From positions 11,319-75,318 of the forward strand of contig JAKADP010000004.1 in the NCBI GenBank assembly GCA_021820465.1: a stretch of DNA of 64,000 nucleotides, read 5' to 3'. Source of the stretch: Bacillota bacterium. Its GTDB lineage: Bacteria > Bacillota > Sulfobacillia > Sulfobacillales > JAIMBI01. The position numbers and the translations under genes are program-made. Below the pieces are notes generated by a model that was given only the letters and a program-made list of their open reading frames with translations, ran no database searches and was not told where the DNA came from. Positions 1 through 9,526 of the stretch are shown one piece after another; the stretch's first letter is position 1; each line of letters begins with the position of its first letter.

Positions 1-81
1 AAGGTGCCGCTCACGGAGGCCGACCGGCAGTTCGTGGCCGACGCGCGCCGGCCGCTGCCGGGATACGCACTCCACTGGTGA
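1..81 (+). CDS. 3' end of an unidentified CDS (partial, enters from window edge)
   Basis: Frame 1 is open from the window edge, has G/C-rich third positions, and ends ...GYALHW-TGA at 79-81. Convergent with asnB. Too short to name. Confidence 0.3.
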   Translation, partial: KVPLTEADRQFVADARRPLPGYALHW

Positions 82-94
82 GGGAACCTGCGGC

Positions 95-1948
95 CTACAG
101 GGACACGGTGATGTGGTTCTGCCGAAACCAATGGTCTGCCTGCACCAGGTAGAGAAACAGAGCCGGCACGCCCATCATCTGACCGAACCAGGGCAGGGAC
201 CACGAGCGAGGATCCGCCTGAGCCAGGGCGTGCAGGGCCTCTCGGTTCAAATAGGGTCGGATCGGGGAGGAGGCATCCTCCAGCAGGGCCACCATGGCTT
301 GCCGGAAGGTCTCGGCATAGCTGGGATGATGCGTGGTGGGGTAGGGGGACTTCTGCCGCCGGCGCACCGCGTCGGGCAAAATGCCGGCCAGCGCCTCGCG
401 CAATATTCCCTTCGGCTCCCCCTGCCAACTTTTCCATTCCCACGGAATGTTCCACACGTAGTCCACGAGGCGGTGGTCGCAGAAGGGCACCCGCACTTCC
501 AGGCTCACCGCCATGCTCATGCGGTCCTTGCGGTCCAGCAGGGTCGGCAGAAACCTGGTCAGGTTCAAGTACAGCACCTCGCGCATGCGCCGCGCCGCTC
601 CCGTCTCGCCGGCAAGCCGGGGCACTTCGTCGAGGGCTTCCTCGTACCGTTGGGCAACGTAGGTGGCGGGCTTGAGCGCGTCCACGATGTCGGGCGCCAG
701 GACAGCCAGCCGGTCGGGCAGCCGGCGCGCCCACGGAAAGGTGGGCGCCGCCAGCGCGTCGGGTCGGTGGCACCAGGGGTATCCGCCAAAAAGTTCGTCC
801 GCCGCTTCACCTGAGAGCGCCACCACGGCGTGTTCCCGAATGGCTCGGCAGAAAATGAGGAGCGAAATGTCGATGTCGGCCATGCCCGGATGGTCCCGTG
901 CCGTGAGCGCCTCGTCGGCATGGGCCACCAGCGCCGGGGTGTCCACCAGCACCTCGTGGTGATCCGTCTGCAGGAAGGCTGCCATCTCCCGGGCCCAAGG
1001 TGCATCCAGGCTGCGCTGGAACGCGCCGGGCTCAAAGAAGCGCGCCTGATCCACGAAGTCCACCGAAAACGTGTGCAGGCGGGGACGGCCCGTGCGCGCC
1101 AGCTCGCGGGCCGCGAACGCCGACACGGCGCTGGAATCAAGGCCCCCCGAGAGGAGCGACACCAGCGGCACATCGGACACCAGCTGGCGGCGCACGGCAT
1201 CGTCCAAGAGGTCGCGCACGGTGGTGCGCGTGGTCGCCAGGTCGTCGGGATGGTCGTGGCTTTCGAGGCGCCAGTAGTGCCACTGGCGCACGGACGTGGG
1301 GGTCGCCAACAGGCACTCGCCGCCGCGGAGCTCCTCCACGTGGTGAAAGATGCCCGTACCGGGCGTGCGCGCGGGGCCCACCGCAAACAACTCGGTGAGG
1401 CCCGCCGCATCCAGCACGGCGGGAACCCCAGGATGGGCCAACAGCGCCTTGACCTCTGACCCGAATAGGAGGCCATGAGCCCGACGGGCAAAAAACAGAG
1501 GCTTGACGCCCAGGCGGTCGCGGGCCATTAACAGCGACCGGTGGTGGTGGTCGTAGAAGGCAAACGCGAAAATCCCATTCAAGCGCTCCAGGGCATCGGG
1601 TCCCCACTGGGCAAGGGCGTGCAGCAGCACCTCGGTGTCCGAGTGGCCGAGAAACCGGTGGCCGAGTGCCTCCAAGGCTTGGGCCAGCTCCGCGGTGTTG
1701 TAAAGCTCGCCGTTATACACGAGGGAGAATCCGGGCCTTCCCTCAGGTCCCCCCAGATGCATGGGCTGGCGGCCCCCTTCGGGGTCGATGACGATGAGGC
1801 GCCGATGCGCCCACCCGATGCCCGGTGCGCGCCACTCGGCCCGGTCGTCGGGCCCCCGGCACGCGAGTCGCTCCCCCATCGCGGCCAAAATCGGACCCGG
1901 GGTGGGGTCCTGGCCCGTGAAGTCAATCCCGCCGGCAATACCGCACAT
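95..1948 (-). CDS. asnB: asparagine synthase (glutamine-hydrolysing)
   Basis: Track ORF 95..2098 trimmed to MCGIAGG (the Met-Cys start typical of class-II amidotransferases) at 1948, preceded by a GGAGGGA SD. SGGLDSS PP-loop motif present. Length about 617 aa. Confidence 0.9.
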   Translation of the reverse strand: MCGIAGGIDFTGQDPTPGPILAAMGERLACRGPDDRAEWRAPGIGWAHRRLIVIDPEGGRQPMHLGGPEGRPGFSLVYNGELYNTAELAQALEALGHRFLGHSDTEVLLHALAQWGPDALERLNGIFAFAFYDHHHRSLLMARDRLGVKPLFFARRAHGLLFGSEVKALLAHPGVPAVLDAAGLTELFAVGPARTPGTGIFHHVEELRGGECLLATPTSVRQWHYWRLESHDHPDDLATTRTTVRDLLDDAVRRQLVSDVPLVSLLSGGLDSSAVSAFAARELARTGRPRLHTFSVDFVDQARFFEPGAFQRSLDAPWAREMAAFLQTDHHEVLVDTPALVAHADEALTARDHPGMADIDISLLIFCRAIREHAVVALSGEAADELFGGYPWCHRPDALAAPTFPWARRLPDRLAVLAPDIVDALKPATYVAQRYEEALDEVPRLAGETGAARRMREVLYLNLTRFLPTLLDRKDRMSMAVSLEVRVPFCDHRLVDYVWNIPWEWKSWQGEPKGILREALAGILPDAVRRRQKSPYPTTHHPSYAETFRQAMVALLEDASSPIRPYLNREALHALAQADPRSWSLPWFGQMMGVPALFLYLVQADHWFRQNHITVSL

Positions 1949-2022
1949 CAACGTCCCTCCTACCGCATGGGGATACGGTATGAAGGCGGCGCACCTCCGT
2001 GACTGGCAACAACTGGCCCTGA

Positions 2023-2421
2023 TCAGTGATCCCCGGGGGGCCGGTCCAGCCGCAGATAGATGGACGCGCTGAGGGCGGCAATGCCGAGGCCGAGCCACGG
2101 ATACCCACCGCGACCGCCCGCCACCGCCGCCAAAAACCCCACCACGGTCAGCAGGCCGCCCAGGACGGCCACCAGGCGGTCGATGGGCTGGGCGGTCAGT
2201 GTGAGCGTGCGCGGGAGGCCATGACGGCCCTCCCCGCCACCTTGGGGGGCAGGGTCGATCCGCTGGACGCGCGGGGACGGGTGCGGTGGGGGGGGCACCG
2301 GCGCACTGGGCGGCGGGGGCGTCGCGGGGGCTGGAGGCTCCACGGCCACGGCGCGCCCACAGTACGGACAGAACGCGCTGTCGGCCGGAATAGTGGTTTC
2401 ACACGCTTCACAACGCCACAT
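2023..2421 (-). CDS. zinc-ribbon membrane protein with Pro-rich linker
   Basis: N-terminal CEAC...CPYC ribbon, a Pro-rich spacer, then hydrophobic C-terminal helices. GAGGAG SD about 9 nt upstream of the ATG. Confidence 0.6.
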   Translation of the reverse strand: MWRCEACETTIPADSAFCPYCGRAVAVEPPAPATPPPPSAPVPPPPHPSPRVQRIDPAPQGGGEGRHGLPRTLTLTAQPIDRLVAVLGGLLTVVGFLAAVAGGRGGYPWLGLGIAALSASIYLRLDRPPGDH

Positions 2422-2522
2422 AACTCACATCTCCTCTGGCAGGGGGTTCATCAATCCGGCCGGACGCCGTCCGACTCGGTGTTCCCGCATACAGTTCGTG
2501 GTGCAGAGGCACGCTGGTGGTG

Positions 2523-3227
2523 CTAGCCGGAGCCCAGCACCAATTCCGACACCACGGGGGTGCCCGGAGTCACCATCGCGGCGATGGAGTCCGCCACCGC
2601 CGCGGCGGACAGCACGCCGGGGCGTGCGAAGGCCTCAAACGTCGGCGGATAGACGACCGACACCGATACGCCGGTTCCTGCTAATTCGGCGTCCAGAGCC
2701 TGGCCCAGGACGGCGAGGCCTGACTTGGCCACCACGTACGGGATCGACGTGCCCTCGGGATGGGCTCCGCGGCCCGGAGCCACGGCCGCCGCCGCCACGA
2801 GCACGAAGCGCCCCCGACCGCGGGCCACCATGGGGGGAAGAAATGCCTGAGCCACCCAATGGCCCCCCAAGACCGCCGTGGCCAGGATGTCGTGGACGGC
2901 TTGGGGGTCCATCGTCAGCAGCTGGCCGCGGGCAAAGTGCCCCGCGGCATGCACAATCCCGTCGAAGGGCTCCCCATCACTGTGCAGGCGCCGAGCCAGC
3001 GCCGAGACGGCGCTGGCGTCTGCGACGTCGCAGACGGCCTCGTGCACCACCGCCGAGGGCGGCAGGCCCATTCGCACGTGAGCCAGCGAGGCGGGGGTGC
3101 GTCCGAGCAGCACCACCTCGGCGCCCGTTTGTGTCAGCCGCTCGGCCAGCGCCGTGCCGAGGCGCCCGGAGGCCCCGGTGATAAGATAGCGGCCCGTGAT
3201 CTCGGGCCGGCTCACAACACGATCCAC
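2523..3227 (-). CDS. SDR family oxidoreductase
   Basis: ITGASGRLG Rossmann motif and YVVAK (YxxxK). GTG start preceded by an AGGAGG SD. Confidence 0.85.
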   Translation of the reverse strand: MDRVVSRPEITGRYLITGASGRLGTALAERLTQTGAEVVLLGRTPASLAHVRMGLPPSAVVHEAVCDVADASAVSALARRLHSDGEPFDGIVHAAGHFARGQLLTMDPQAVHDILATAVLGGHWVAQAFLPPMVARGRGRFVLVAAAAVAPGRGAHPEGTSIPYVVAKSGLAVLGQALDAELAGTGVSVSVVYPPTFEAFARPGVLSAAAVADSIAAMVTPGTPVVSELVLGSG

Positions 3228-3319
3228 CCACAGGCACCTCCTTGCCTCGCCGCCCGGGGCACTGGACCCCGGCCCAGCGGGACACTACCATATAGCATAA
3301 TGCGCCTGCCTGTCCGGAC

Positions 3320-4312
3320 GTGCCGCCGGGCGGTCGGGGCGCCGGCGGGACGAAAGGGGGCGGCGGGCCAATCGAGACCCCCGAGAGTTGGGCGGTGGTG
3401 ACGGCCGGGGTGCATGGTCTGGGCCGTGCCATCGCGGAGCGGCTGGCGGAGGCCGGACTGGGTGTGGTGGCGACCACGCGCCAAGCGGATGCGCGCGCGG
3501 CCGCTTGGGCCGCCCAGGCGAGCGCGCTGTTCCAGCGCCCGATCCGGGTGGCCCGGTGGGACCCCGCCGACCCCGCGAGCGACGATGAAGTGCTGGAGGT
3601 GCTGCGCGGCGAGGGGGCGCGCACGCGCGTGCTGGTCAACAATGCGGGTCCTTTTCGCCGTGCGCGGCAATCCCTGGCCGACGTGTCCCTGGAGACGATG
3701 ATGCTGCTCTGGCAGGGCAATGTGGGCGGCGGGGTGCGCCTGACCCAGCGGCTGTTGCCTGCTCTGCGGGCCAGCCGCGATGGGCGCATCGTCAACCTGG
3801 GGGCGGTCGGGGCCGGTGCGGCTGGCGGGTGGACCGGACGAGGGGCTTACGCCGCCGCCAAGGCGGCGCTGGCGTCGCTGACCCGAACGTGGGCGCTTGA
3901 GGAGGCCGCCCACGGGGTAACGGCCAACATGGTGTGTCCCAGCGACATTCACCGACAGGACAAAGAGGCGCGCCACCCTGGCGAGACGAGGCCCAGCGGG
4001 GCGGATGTGGCTGCTGTTGTCGCCTTTTTTGCCGGCGACGGCGCGCGGTTTGTGACCGGGCAGGTCGTGGAGCTGGCGTTTGGCGATCGCCCGCGCCTGC
4101 TGCCGGGCGAGATCACTGAGTCGCCGGCGGCTGCCCTGCTGCCGGCGGGCGTGCACGTGCGGCTGGCCGGCGACGCACGCGACTATGAAGTTCTTCAAGC
4201 GCGCACCGAAGGCGCCTCCGTAGAATATTTGGTGAGACCTCCGGGGGCAGAGCCACGATGGGTGCCCGGCGCGGCGGTGCGCCGCGTGGTGGCCGAGCGG
4301 GGTCGCCCGTGA
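3320..4312 (+). CDS. SDR family oxidoreductase with about 80-aa C-terminal extension
   Basis: VTAGVHGLGRAIA, NNAG and YAAAKAAL motifs. The tail after ...ELAFGD lies outside the SDR fold. Start uncertain (GTG 3320, no clear SD). Confidence 0.75.
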   Translation: MPPGGRGAGGTKGGGGPIETPESWAVVTAGVHGLGRAIAERLAEAGLGVVATTRQADARAAAWAAQASALFQRPIRVARWDPADPASDDEVLEVLRGEGARTRVLVNNAGPFRRARQSLADVSLETMMLLWQGNVGGGVRLTQRLLPALRASRDGRIVNLGAVGAGAAGGWTGRGAYAAAKAALASLTRTWALEEAAHGVTANMVCPSDIHRQDKEARHPGETRPSGADVAAVVAFFAGDGARFVTGQVVELAFGDRPRLLPGEITESPAAALLPAGVHVRLAGDARDYEVLQARTEGASVEYLVRPPGAEPRWVPGAAVRRVVAERGRP

Positions 4313-4316
4313 GGGC

Positions 4317-4346
4317 TTGCGCCGCTGGCCTCCGGACGGATAAAAT
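4317..4346 (+). promoter_or_regulatory. sigma-A-like promoter (TTGCGC-18 nt-TAAAAT)
   Basis: -35 at 4317-4322 and -10 at 4341-4346. Same -35 flavour as the tRNA promoters in this window. Confidence 0.4.
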
Positions 4347-4374
4347 AGATGGCAATTCCAAGATGGCAATTCCA
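4347..4374. repeat. perfect 14-bp tandem duplication (AGATGGCAATTCCA x2)
   Basis: Read directly: 4347-4360 equals 4361-4374. Lies between the putative -10 and the SD of the next ORF. Confidence 0.95.
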
Positions 4375-4413
4375 GACGTTGGGCACACTCACTCCAGACA
4401 GGAGGCGGATCGG

Positions 4414-4650
4414 ATGCCCGGGTGGCACATTCCCATGGTGCAAGCCACGATTTATGGCATCGGCATTGGTCTGGTGGCGTGTGTGGCGGTGCTGGTGTGG
4501 ATTGCGTGGCGCGTAACGCTGAAGGAGAACCAATACGGCCAGAGGCGTCCGGTCCGCCCCCATCTGACCGTGATTAAGGGCGGGAACCGGGGCCCGCGGG
4601 AGCTGAAGCCGCGGCCCCGCCGCGAGCGGCGCCGGCGCTCGGGCGCCTGA
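4414..4650 (+). CDS. small single-pass membrane protein with Arg-rich tail
   Basis: AGGAGG SD 8 nt upstream of ATG 4414. One TM (IYGIGIGLVACVAVLVWIAW) and G/C-rich third positions. Confidence 0.55.
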   Translation: MPGWHIPMVQATIYGIGIGLVACVAVLVWIAWRVTLKENQYGQRRPVRPHLTVIKGGNRGPRELKPRPRRERRRRSGA

Positions 4651-4679
4651 CTGAGGTGGGGTGCGATGCCCCAGAGGCC

Positions 4680-5099
4680 CTACGCCGAGGGAGCCGGCGG
4701 GCCGCCGGGCCCCGCGTTGCGGCGAGCCGCTAGGGCCTTCACCGCCATCATGCCCAAAGGAAGGCCCACCCGCGTCCAGAGTGTGCGCCGCACGGCGGCG
4801 GGAGCCGCGGCAGGCGTGCGGTGGCGCCAAAGCCGCCACAAGTCGACCACCATCGAGGCGTAGCGCGCTCCTCGGCTCACCTCGCCCAACACGACCCCCA
4901 GCTGGCGGGTGGTGGTGCGCACTTCCGCTGCGGTGGCCACCAGCTCGGTCCGCACCTCGTCCAGCCCGGTCACCAGTTGCTTTTCCAGGCGCAGGACGAG
5001 TCGGACCAAGGCGGCCAACAGGGCCAAGCCAGCCAGACCCACGAGGGCGATGAAGGCCAAGATTACCAGCAGTAGCGTGGAATCGGTGCCTGGTGTCAC
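4680..5099 (-). CDS. DUF948-like membrane-anchored coiled-coil protein
   Basis: N-terminal TM followed by a long helical region. It sits immediately downstream of a YtxH gene, the usual pairing in Bacillota. Confidence 0.65.
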   Translation of the reverse strand: MTPGTDSTLLLVILAFIALVGLAGLALLAALVRLVLRLEKQLVTGLDEVRTELVATAAEVRTTTRQLGVVLGEVSRGARYASMVVDLWRLWRHRTPAAAPAAVRRTLWTRVGLPLGMMAVKALAARRNAGPGGPPAPSA

Positions 5100-5100
5100 G

Positions 5101-5397
5101 TCAGCTCTCGGTGCGCGCCGAGGCGTCCTGGCCGCTCGCCGTCGACAGTTGCGTCTCGTGGCTCCATAGGCGGCGTCCCTGGTCGACGACCGGGTCCACT
5201 ACCGTGCTCTTCAATTGGTCGACCACGGGGTCCACCACGGACTGCCGCAGCTGGTCGGCCGAATCCTGGGCCTTCTTCTTAATCGTCTCCCGAATCTCCT
5301 GACCCGATCGCGGGGCAAACAGCAACCCAGCCGCCACGCCGACGATAAGTCCCAGCGCGATCCCGCTCACCCGGTCCCAGGTGTGTCCTTCGTCCAT
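5101..5397 (-). CDS. YtxH domain protein
   Basis: GLIVGVAAGLLFAPRSGQEIRETIKKKA is the characteristic YtxH N-terminal motif. Confidence 0.75.
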   Translation of the reverse strand: MDEGHTWDRVSGIALGLIVGVAAGLLFAPRSGQEIRETIKKKAQDSADQLRQSVVDPVVDQLKSTVVDPVVDQGRRLWSHETQLSTASGQDASARTES

Positions 5398-5660
5398 CGT
5401 CTCCGTCGCCTCCTTGTGCAGTTGCCATCGTGGCGCACCCGGCGCATCGGGTGCCGGATCTGGGCGGTTCCGAGAGCGACGCCAAATCCGCCGATCGAAA
5501 TCGGCCGAATCCGGCGTGGCGCCGCGTCTTAATCTATGCGCTACCGTTAGTGTGGCACAATGTGCCGATCTCGTCCAGCAAGCGATCCGCAGACACTCGC
5601 CGGACCGTCGGCTATACTACGGGCAGTCTTGCTCACTTGGATGCGCTTAGGAGGACGGAT

Positions 5661-5930
5661 ATGCCCCACGTGATTACGCGGCGCTGTGTCGATGAGAAGG
5701 ACCAGAGCTGTGTGGAAGTGTGCCCGGTGGATTGCATCCACCCCGCCAAGAACATCGATGGCGCCGAGGCGTTTGACGCCGCCCCCCAGCTTTACATCGA
5801 TCCCGATGTGTGTATCGACTGCGGCGCCTGCGTGCCGGAGTGTCCGGTGGAAGCTATCTTCATGGATGACGAGCTGCCCGATGAGTTTCAAGAGGCGATC
5901 GCGGAAAATCGGGACTACTACAAGCCCTGA
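5661..5930 (+). CDS. 7Fe-type ferredoxin ([3Fe-4S]+[4Fe-4S])
   Basis: Track ORF trimmed to MPHVITRRC, with an AGGAGGA SD upstream. Contains Cx7Cx3CP and CIDCGACVPECP motifs. Confidence 0.9.
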   Translation: MPHVITRRCVDEKDQSCVEVCPVDCIHPAKNIDGAEAFDAAPQLYIDPDVCIDCGACVPECPVEAIFMDDELPDEFQEAIAENRDYYKP

Positions 5931-6022
5931 GCCGAGGCCCCTCTGGCAGGAACTTTTCCGATGCACCGCGAACACACCGCTGATGGCGCGCTTGGAGAGC
6001 CGTCAGGGCAGGGGGGATCGCT

Positions 6023-7717
6023 GTGCAGTCCGACACATTGTATCGCTTTGACCAAGTGCTGCAGTCGCGCCGGCTCGGGGGGCGTCATGCCGACTGGGTC
6101 GAGTGGGACCTGCTGCAGCGCAACGCGGCGCGCCACGGGGGGCGCGCCGCGTTTGCTGACACGTGGGGCGGTACGCCGCCCACGGCCCGGCGCCAGCGCT
6201 CGTGGGCCGAGGCGGCCTTGGACGTGGACACCATCATTGCAAATCTGCTGCGCCGGGGCGCGCAGCCCGACACTGTCCTGGTGTCGCAGCTGCCCTCGGT
6301 CTATGAAAGTGTTTATCTGGATTGCGCGACGTCCAAGCTGTCCCAGCAGCACCTGGCGATGAGCCTCGAGTTGGGGCGCGCCGAAACGGTGGGAGTGCTC
6401 CAAAAGCTCCGCCCTCGGGTAGCCGTGACGGTGCCCACCTGGCACGGCCGCGACGTCGCGGCCTGGTACCAGGAGGCCCAGCGCGATGACCCGGGCATGA
6501 CCGTGTACGTGCTGCTTCGGCCCGGCGAGGCGGTGCCGCCGGGAATGCACGACTTCGCGGAGCTGCTGGACGGCTCGGTGTGGCAGACATATCGCCGGGA
6601 CGACCTGCAGTATCTTCGGACCGATCCCCTCCGCGTGCACGAATTGCTGCCCACCTCCGGCACTACCGGCGTGCCGAAAATTTCTCGGCGCACAACCTTG
6701 GATTGGTTTCAGGTGCACAGCGTCTGCATCGCCGAGCGAGCCGGCCACACGGTGTATGACACCCGGCTGATGATGGGCCCGCTGGCCGGAGGCTCGGGAC
6801 GGCTCTGGGGGGTGCACGTGCCCCTGTACACGGCGGGGGCGTCGGTGTATCTGACCGAATTTGACGAATCGGCTGCCTTGGACCTCACGGACATCGTGCG
6901 CGCCACCATTTGGGCGTGGAATCCCGCGCTGCTCACGCGTCTGGTAACCGGCGAGGGGTTTAGAGCGCGAGCGCTGCCCACGCTGCGGCAGGTCAGCTAC
7001 TCAGGGGCACCTCTCCCGGGGGAGGTGAGCGAGCGGCTCAGATCCCGGGGCATCACACCGTTTAACGTGTATGGCACGTCGGAGGTCGGGGGCTGCATGA
7101 GCCCCATCCTGCCGGGCGTCCGCGCGGAACATCTGGCCAATGCCGCCGGGGTGCCGTTTGAGGGCTTTGATGTCCCGGTCGTCGATGCGGCGGGGGAGCG
7201 CCTGGGCCCGGGCGAGGTGGGGGAGATTCTCATCTGGAACGTCCACCACGGATACTGGGATAGCCCCGCCGATGACGAGGCCACCTTTCATGACGAAGAA
7301 TACGGGGGGCGGTGGGAGGGCTATCAGCACACGGGGGACTTGGGCATGTACGATGAGTACGGCTATCTCCGGGTCATGGGCCGCAAGAAGGACATGATTC
7401 TTCGCGGCGGCCAAAACATCTTCCCCAAGGAAATCGAGGACTGGCTCAGCCAGCATGAGGCAGTGCGCGACGTGGCGGTGGTGGCCATGCCGGACCCGGT
7501 GATGGGCGAGCGTGCGTGCGCGGTGGTGGTGCCGCAAGCCGGATTTCTCCCCACGCTCGCGGACTTTCAAGCGTTTTTGGACCAGCGCGGGGTGGCGAAG
7601 TTTAAGTGGCCCGAGCGGGTGGAGGTGCTGACGGCCCTGCCGCTGGGCCCCGGCGGCAAGGTGCTGAAGGGGGAGTTGCGCGAGTGGCTGCTGAGGCGCA
7701 TCGCCCAAGACGCGTGA
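6023..7717 (+). CDS. AMP-dependent acyl-CoA synthetase/ligase
   Basis: LPTSGTTGVPK AMP-binding motif and a C-terminal ...GPGGKVLKGELRE. G-rich SD before the GTG start. Confidence 0.85.
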   Translation: MQSDTLYRFDQVLQSRRLGGRHADWVEWDLLQRNAARHGGRAAFADTWGGTPPTARRQRSWAEAALDVDTIIANLLRRGAQPDTVLVSQLPSVYESVYLDCATSKLSQQHLAMSLELGRAETVGVLQKLRPRVAVTVPTWHGRDVAAWYQEAQRDDPGMTVYVLLRPGEAVPPGMHDFAELLDGSVWQTYRRDDLQYLRTDPLRVHELLPTSGTTGVPKISRRTTLDWFQVHSVCIAERAGHTVYDTRLMMGPLAGGSGRLWGVHVPLYTAGASVYLTEFDESAALDLTDIVRATIWAWNPALLTRLVTGEGFRARALPTLRQVSYSGAPLPGEVSERLRSRGITPFNVYGTSEVGGCMSPILPGVRAEHLANAAGVPFEGFDVPVVDAAGERLGPGEVGEILIWNVHHGYWDSPADDEATFHDEEYGGRWEGYQHTGDLGMYDEYGYLRVMGRKKDMILRGGQNIFPKEIEDWLSQHEAVRDVAVVAMPDPVMGERACAVVVPQAGFLPTLADFQAFLDQRGVAKFKWPERVEVLTALPLGPGGKVLKGELREWLLRRIAQDA

Positions 7718-7849
7718 CGCGCTTCCGCGAAACCCCGTCTCGGTAAAAAAGTGGTGTCCAAAAAAAGGGCTCTCCGCTTGGCGGCCGAATACCGCCTGCA
7801 GGATCGGTCGCGCCGCGAGGCGGGAGGACCGCAAGGGGGAGAGGCGCTT

Positions 7850-8050
7850 ATGGAAAAGATGTTGGGCATTACCCGCTTTCACCTCGGCTGGCTCATCGCG
7901 TGGATGGTGCTGTGCATCTTCTTCCTGCTGATGCACTGGCCCCTGCTGGCCGCCGCCGCGTTCGTGGGCACCTTGTGTGTGCCGGAAGAGCCCGACCCGC
8001 CCGGCAGTGAATCGGAGCGTTGCCGCGGGTCCGAACCCCCACTCTCCTGA
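7850..8050 (+). CDS. small membrane protein (hypothetical)
   Basis: GGGGGAGAGG SD before ATG 7850, two hydrophobic segments, G/C-rich third positions. Confidence 0.4.
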   Translation: MEKMLGITRFHLGWLIAWMVLCIFFLLMHWPLLAAAAFVGTLCVPEEPDPPGSESERCRGSEPPLS

Positions 8051-8100
8051 CGAGCTCGCTTGACGATGCGCGGAGCCACTGCTAGCGTGCCGGGCTGGAG

Positions 8101-8646
8101 GTGGGCGGAACGCAGCGTGTGCTGGTGATAGGTGGCTCCGGCGCGGGCAAGACGACGGCCGCCGTGCGCCTGGCCGCGGTGCTGGATCTGCCCCTGTACC
8201 ACCTGGACCGACTGTTTTGGCAGCCAGGGTGGCGGGAGTTGCCCCGGAATCAGTTTGACGACGCGCTGGCCCAGGTGGTGGCCCGCCCCACGTGGGTGAT
8301 CGATGGCAATTTCTCTAGGACGCTGCCCCAACGCCTCCAAGCCGCCGACACGGTGCTGTGGCTGGACTTCTCCACGGCCACGTGCCTTGCCGGGGTGCTT
8401 GCCCGGTGGGCGGCGCTTCGGGGTCGGCAGCGCCCGGACATGGGACCAGGGTGTCCCGAAAAGATTGACCTGCCCTTTTTGTGGCACGTGATGACGTGGC
8501 GGGCGCGGAGCCGCGCGCCGCTGGCCCGTCAGCTGGCCGAGGCGGGGGCGCGCGGCGTGGCCGTCCACCGCGTGCGGAGCCGGAGGGAGTTGGGGCGATG
8601 GCTCGCCTGTGCGGTGGCGCCGGCGGGGGCCCGCCATGGGGCATGA
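8101..8646 (+). CDS. P-loop NTPase, adenylate-kinase/topology-modulation (FlaR)-like
   Basis: N-terminal Walker A VIGGSGAGKTT and WVIDGN. Size about 180 aa. Confidence 0.65.
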   Translation: MGGTQRVLVIGGSGAGKTTAAVRLAAVLDLPLYHLDRLFWQPGWRELPRNQFDDALAQVVARPTWVIDGNFSRTLPQRLQAADTVLWLDFSTATCLAGVLARWAALRGRQRPDMGPGCPEKIDLPFLWHVMTWRARSRAPLARQLAEAGARGVAVHRVRSRRELGRWLACAVAPAGARHGA

Positions 8647-9526
8647 GGGGCCGCCTGGGTTGCCCCAGGCTCCGACGCGCATCCACGGGTGGGCCGCCGT
8701 CACGTACTTCGTTCCCGACGTGCGCGCGGCGCGTGACTTTGTGTCTCAGCTGACCGGGGAGGCTCCGGTGCTGGACCATGAAAACCTCTGCCACTTTGCG
8801 GTGGGGGCCGAGCGCATTACACTGCATCCCGCCGACCCGAAGGGGCCCGTGGGCGTGGCCGGGCCGGTGGCGTACTGGCGCCTCGCGGACGTGGCCGCCC
8901 TCGCCAGCATGATCGAGTGGTTTGAAGGGCACGGGGGGCAGAAGTACCGCGGCCCGACGACCGGTCCAGACGGATGGACCGTCTGCCAGGTGCGCGACCC
9001 GTTCGGCAACGCCTGGGGATTTGTGGCGCCCGCTGCGCTCGCGGTGCGGGCCATCCACGCGGAGGATCGCCCCTGGCTCCGGGCACTCTGGCAGCGAGAG
9101 TGGGGCGGAGAGACCCAAGTATCCCACGGGGCCCAGCATCACGTGAGGGAGGTGGATGCGTTGGTGGCGTGGCGGGGCGCCGTGCGGGTGGGCGCCGCCA
9201 CGTTTGTGGCCACCGGACGCACGGCGGAATTGGTGACACTGAACGCGGATCCGCGCGGGCAGGGAATTGGGAGCCGTCTGCTGGCGGCGTGGGAGGAGGC
9301 CATGGCGCGCCGCGGAGTGGCGCGCCTCACGCTCACCACGACCAACGACAATCTGGACGCGCTGGCGCTGTACCAGCGGCGGGGATATCGCCTAGCCCGC
9401 CTCATTCCCGAGGCGGTGATGCGGGCCCGGCTTCAAAAGCCGTCAATTCCGGTGACGGGCCATCATGGCATCCCGCTGCGCGACGAGCTGGTGCTGGAAA
9501 AGTCTCTCGGCGGATCGGGCGCATGA
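8636..9526 (+). CDS. VOC (glyoxalase-fold) / GNAT N-acetyltransferase fusion protein
   Basis: The N-terminal half is VOC-like. The C-terminal half has the GNAT acetyl-CoA motif (RGQGIGSRLL...ALALYQRRGY). ATG 8636 overlaps the previous stop. Confidence 0.65.
   Translation: MGHEGPPGLPQAPTRIHGWAAVTYFVPDVRAARDFVSQLTGEAPVLDHENLCHFAVGAERITLHPADPKGPVGVAGPVAYWRLADVAALASMIEWFEGHGGQKYRGPTTGPDGWTVCQVRDPFGNAWGFVAPAALAVRAIHAEDRPWLRALWQREWGGETQVSHGAQHHVREVDALVAWRGAVRVGAATFVATGRTAELVTLNADPRGQGIGSRLLAAWEEAMARRGVARLTLTTTNDNLDALALYQRRGYRLARLIPEAVMRARLQKPSIPVTGHHGIPLRDELVLEKSLGGSGA

Noticed and set aside
7715-8050. The TGA stop of the acyl-CoA synthetase (7715-7717) is followed by a same-frame open reading frame to 8050. 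I saw the same pattern for ccmC/ccmD and for the P-loop ORF/secD, and considered selenocysteine read-through because selB is present.
   Set aside because: The synthetase already ends at its normal C-terminal motif. The downstream ORFs have their own SDs and start codons. No SECIS-like hairpin with the right spacing follows the TGAs, and same-frame continuation is a 1-in-3 coincidence in stop-poor DNA.
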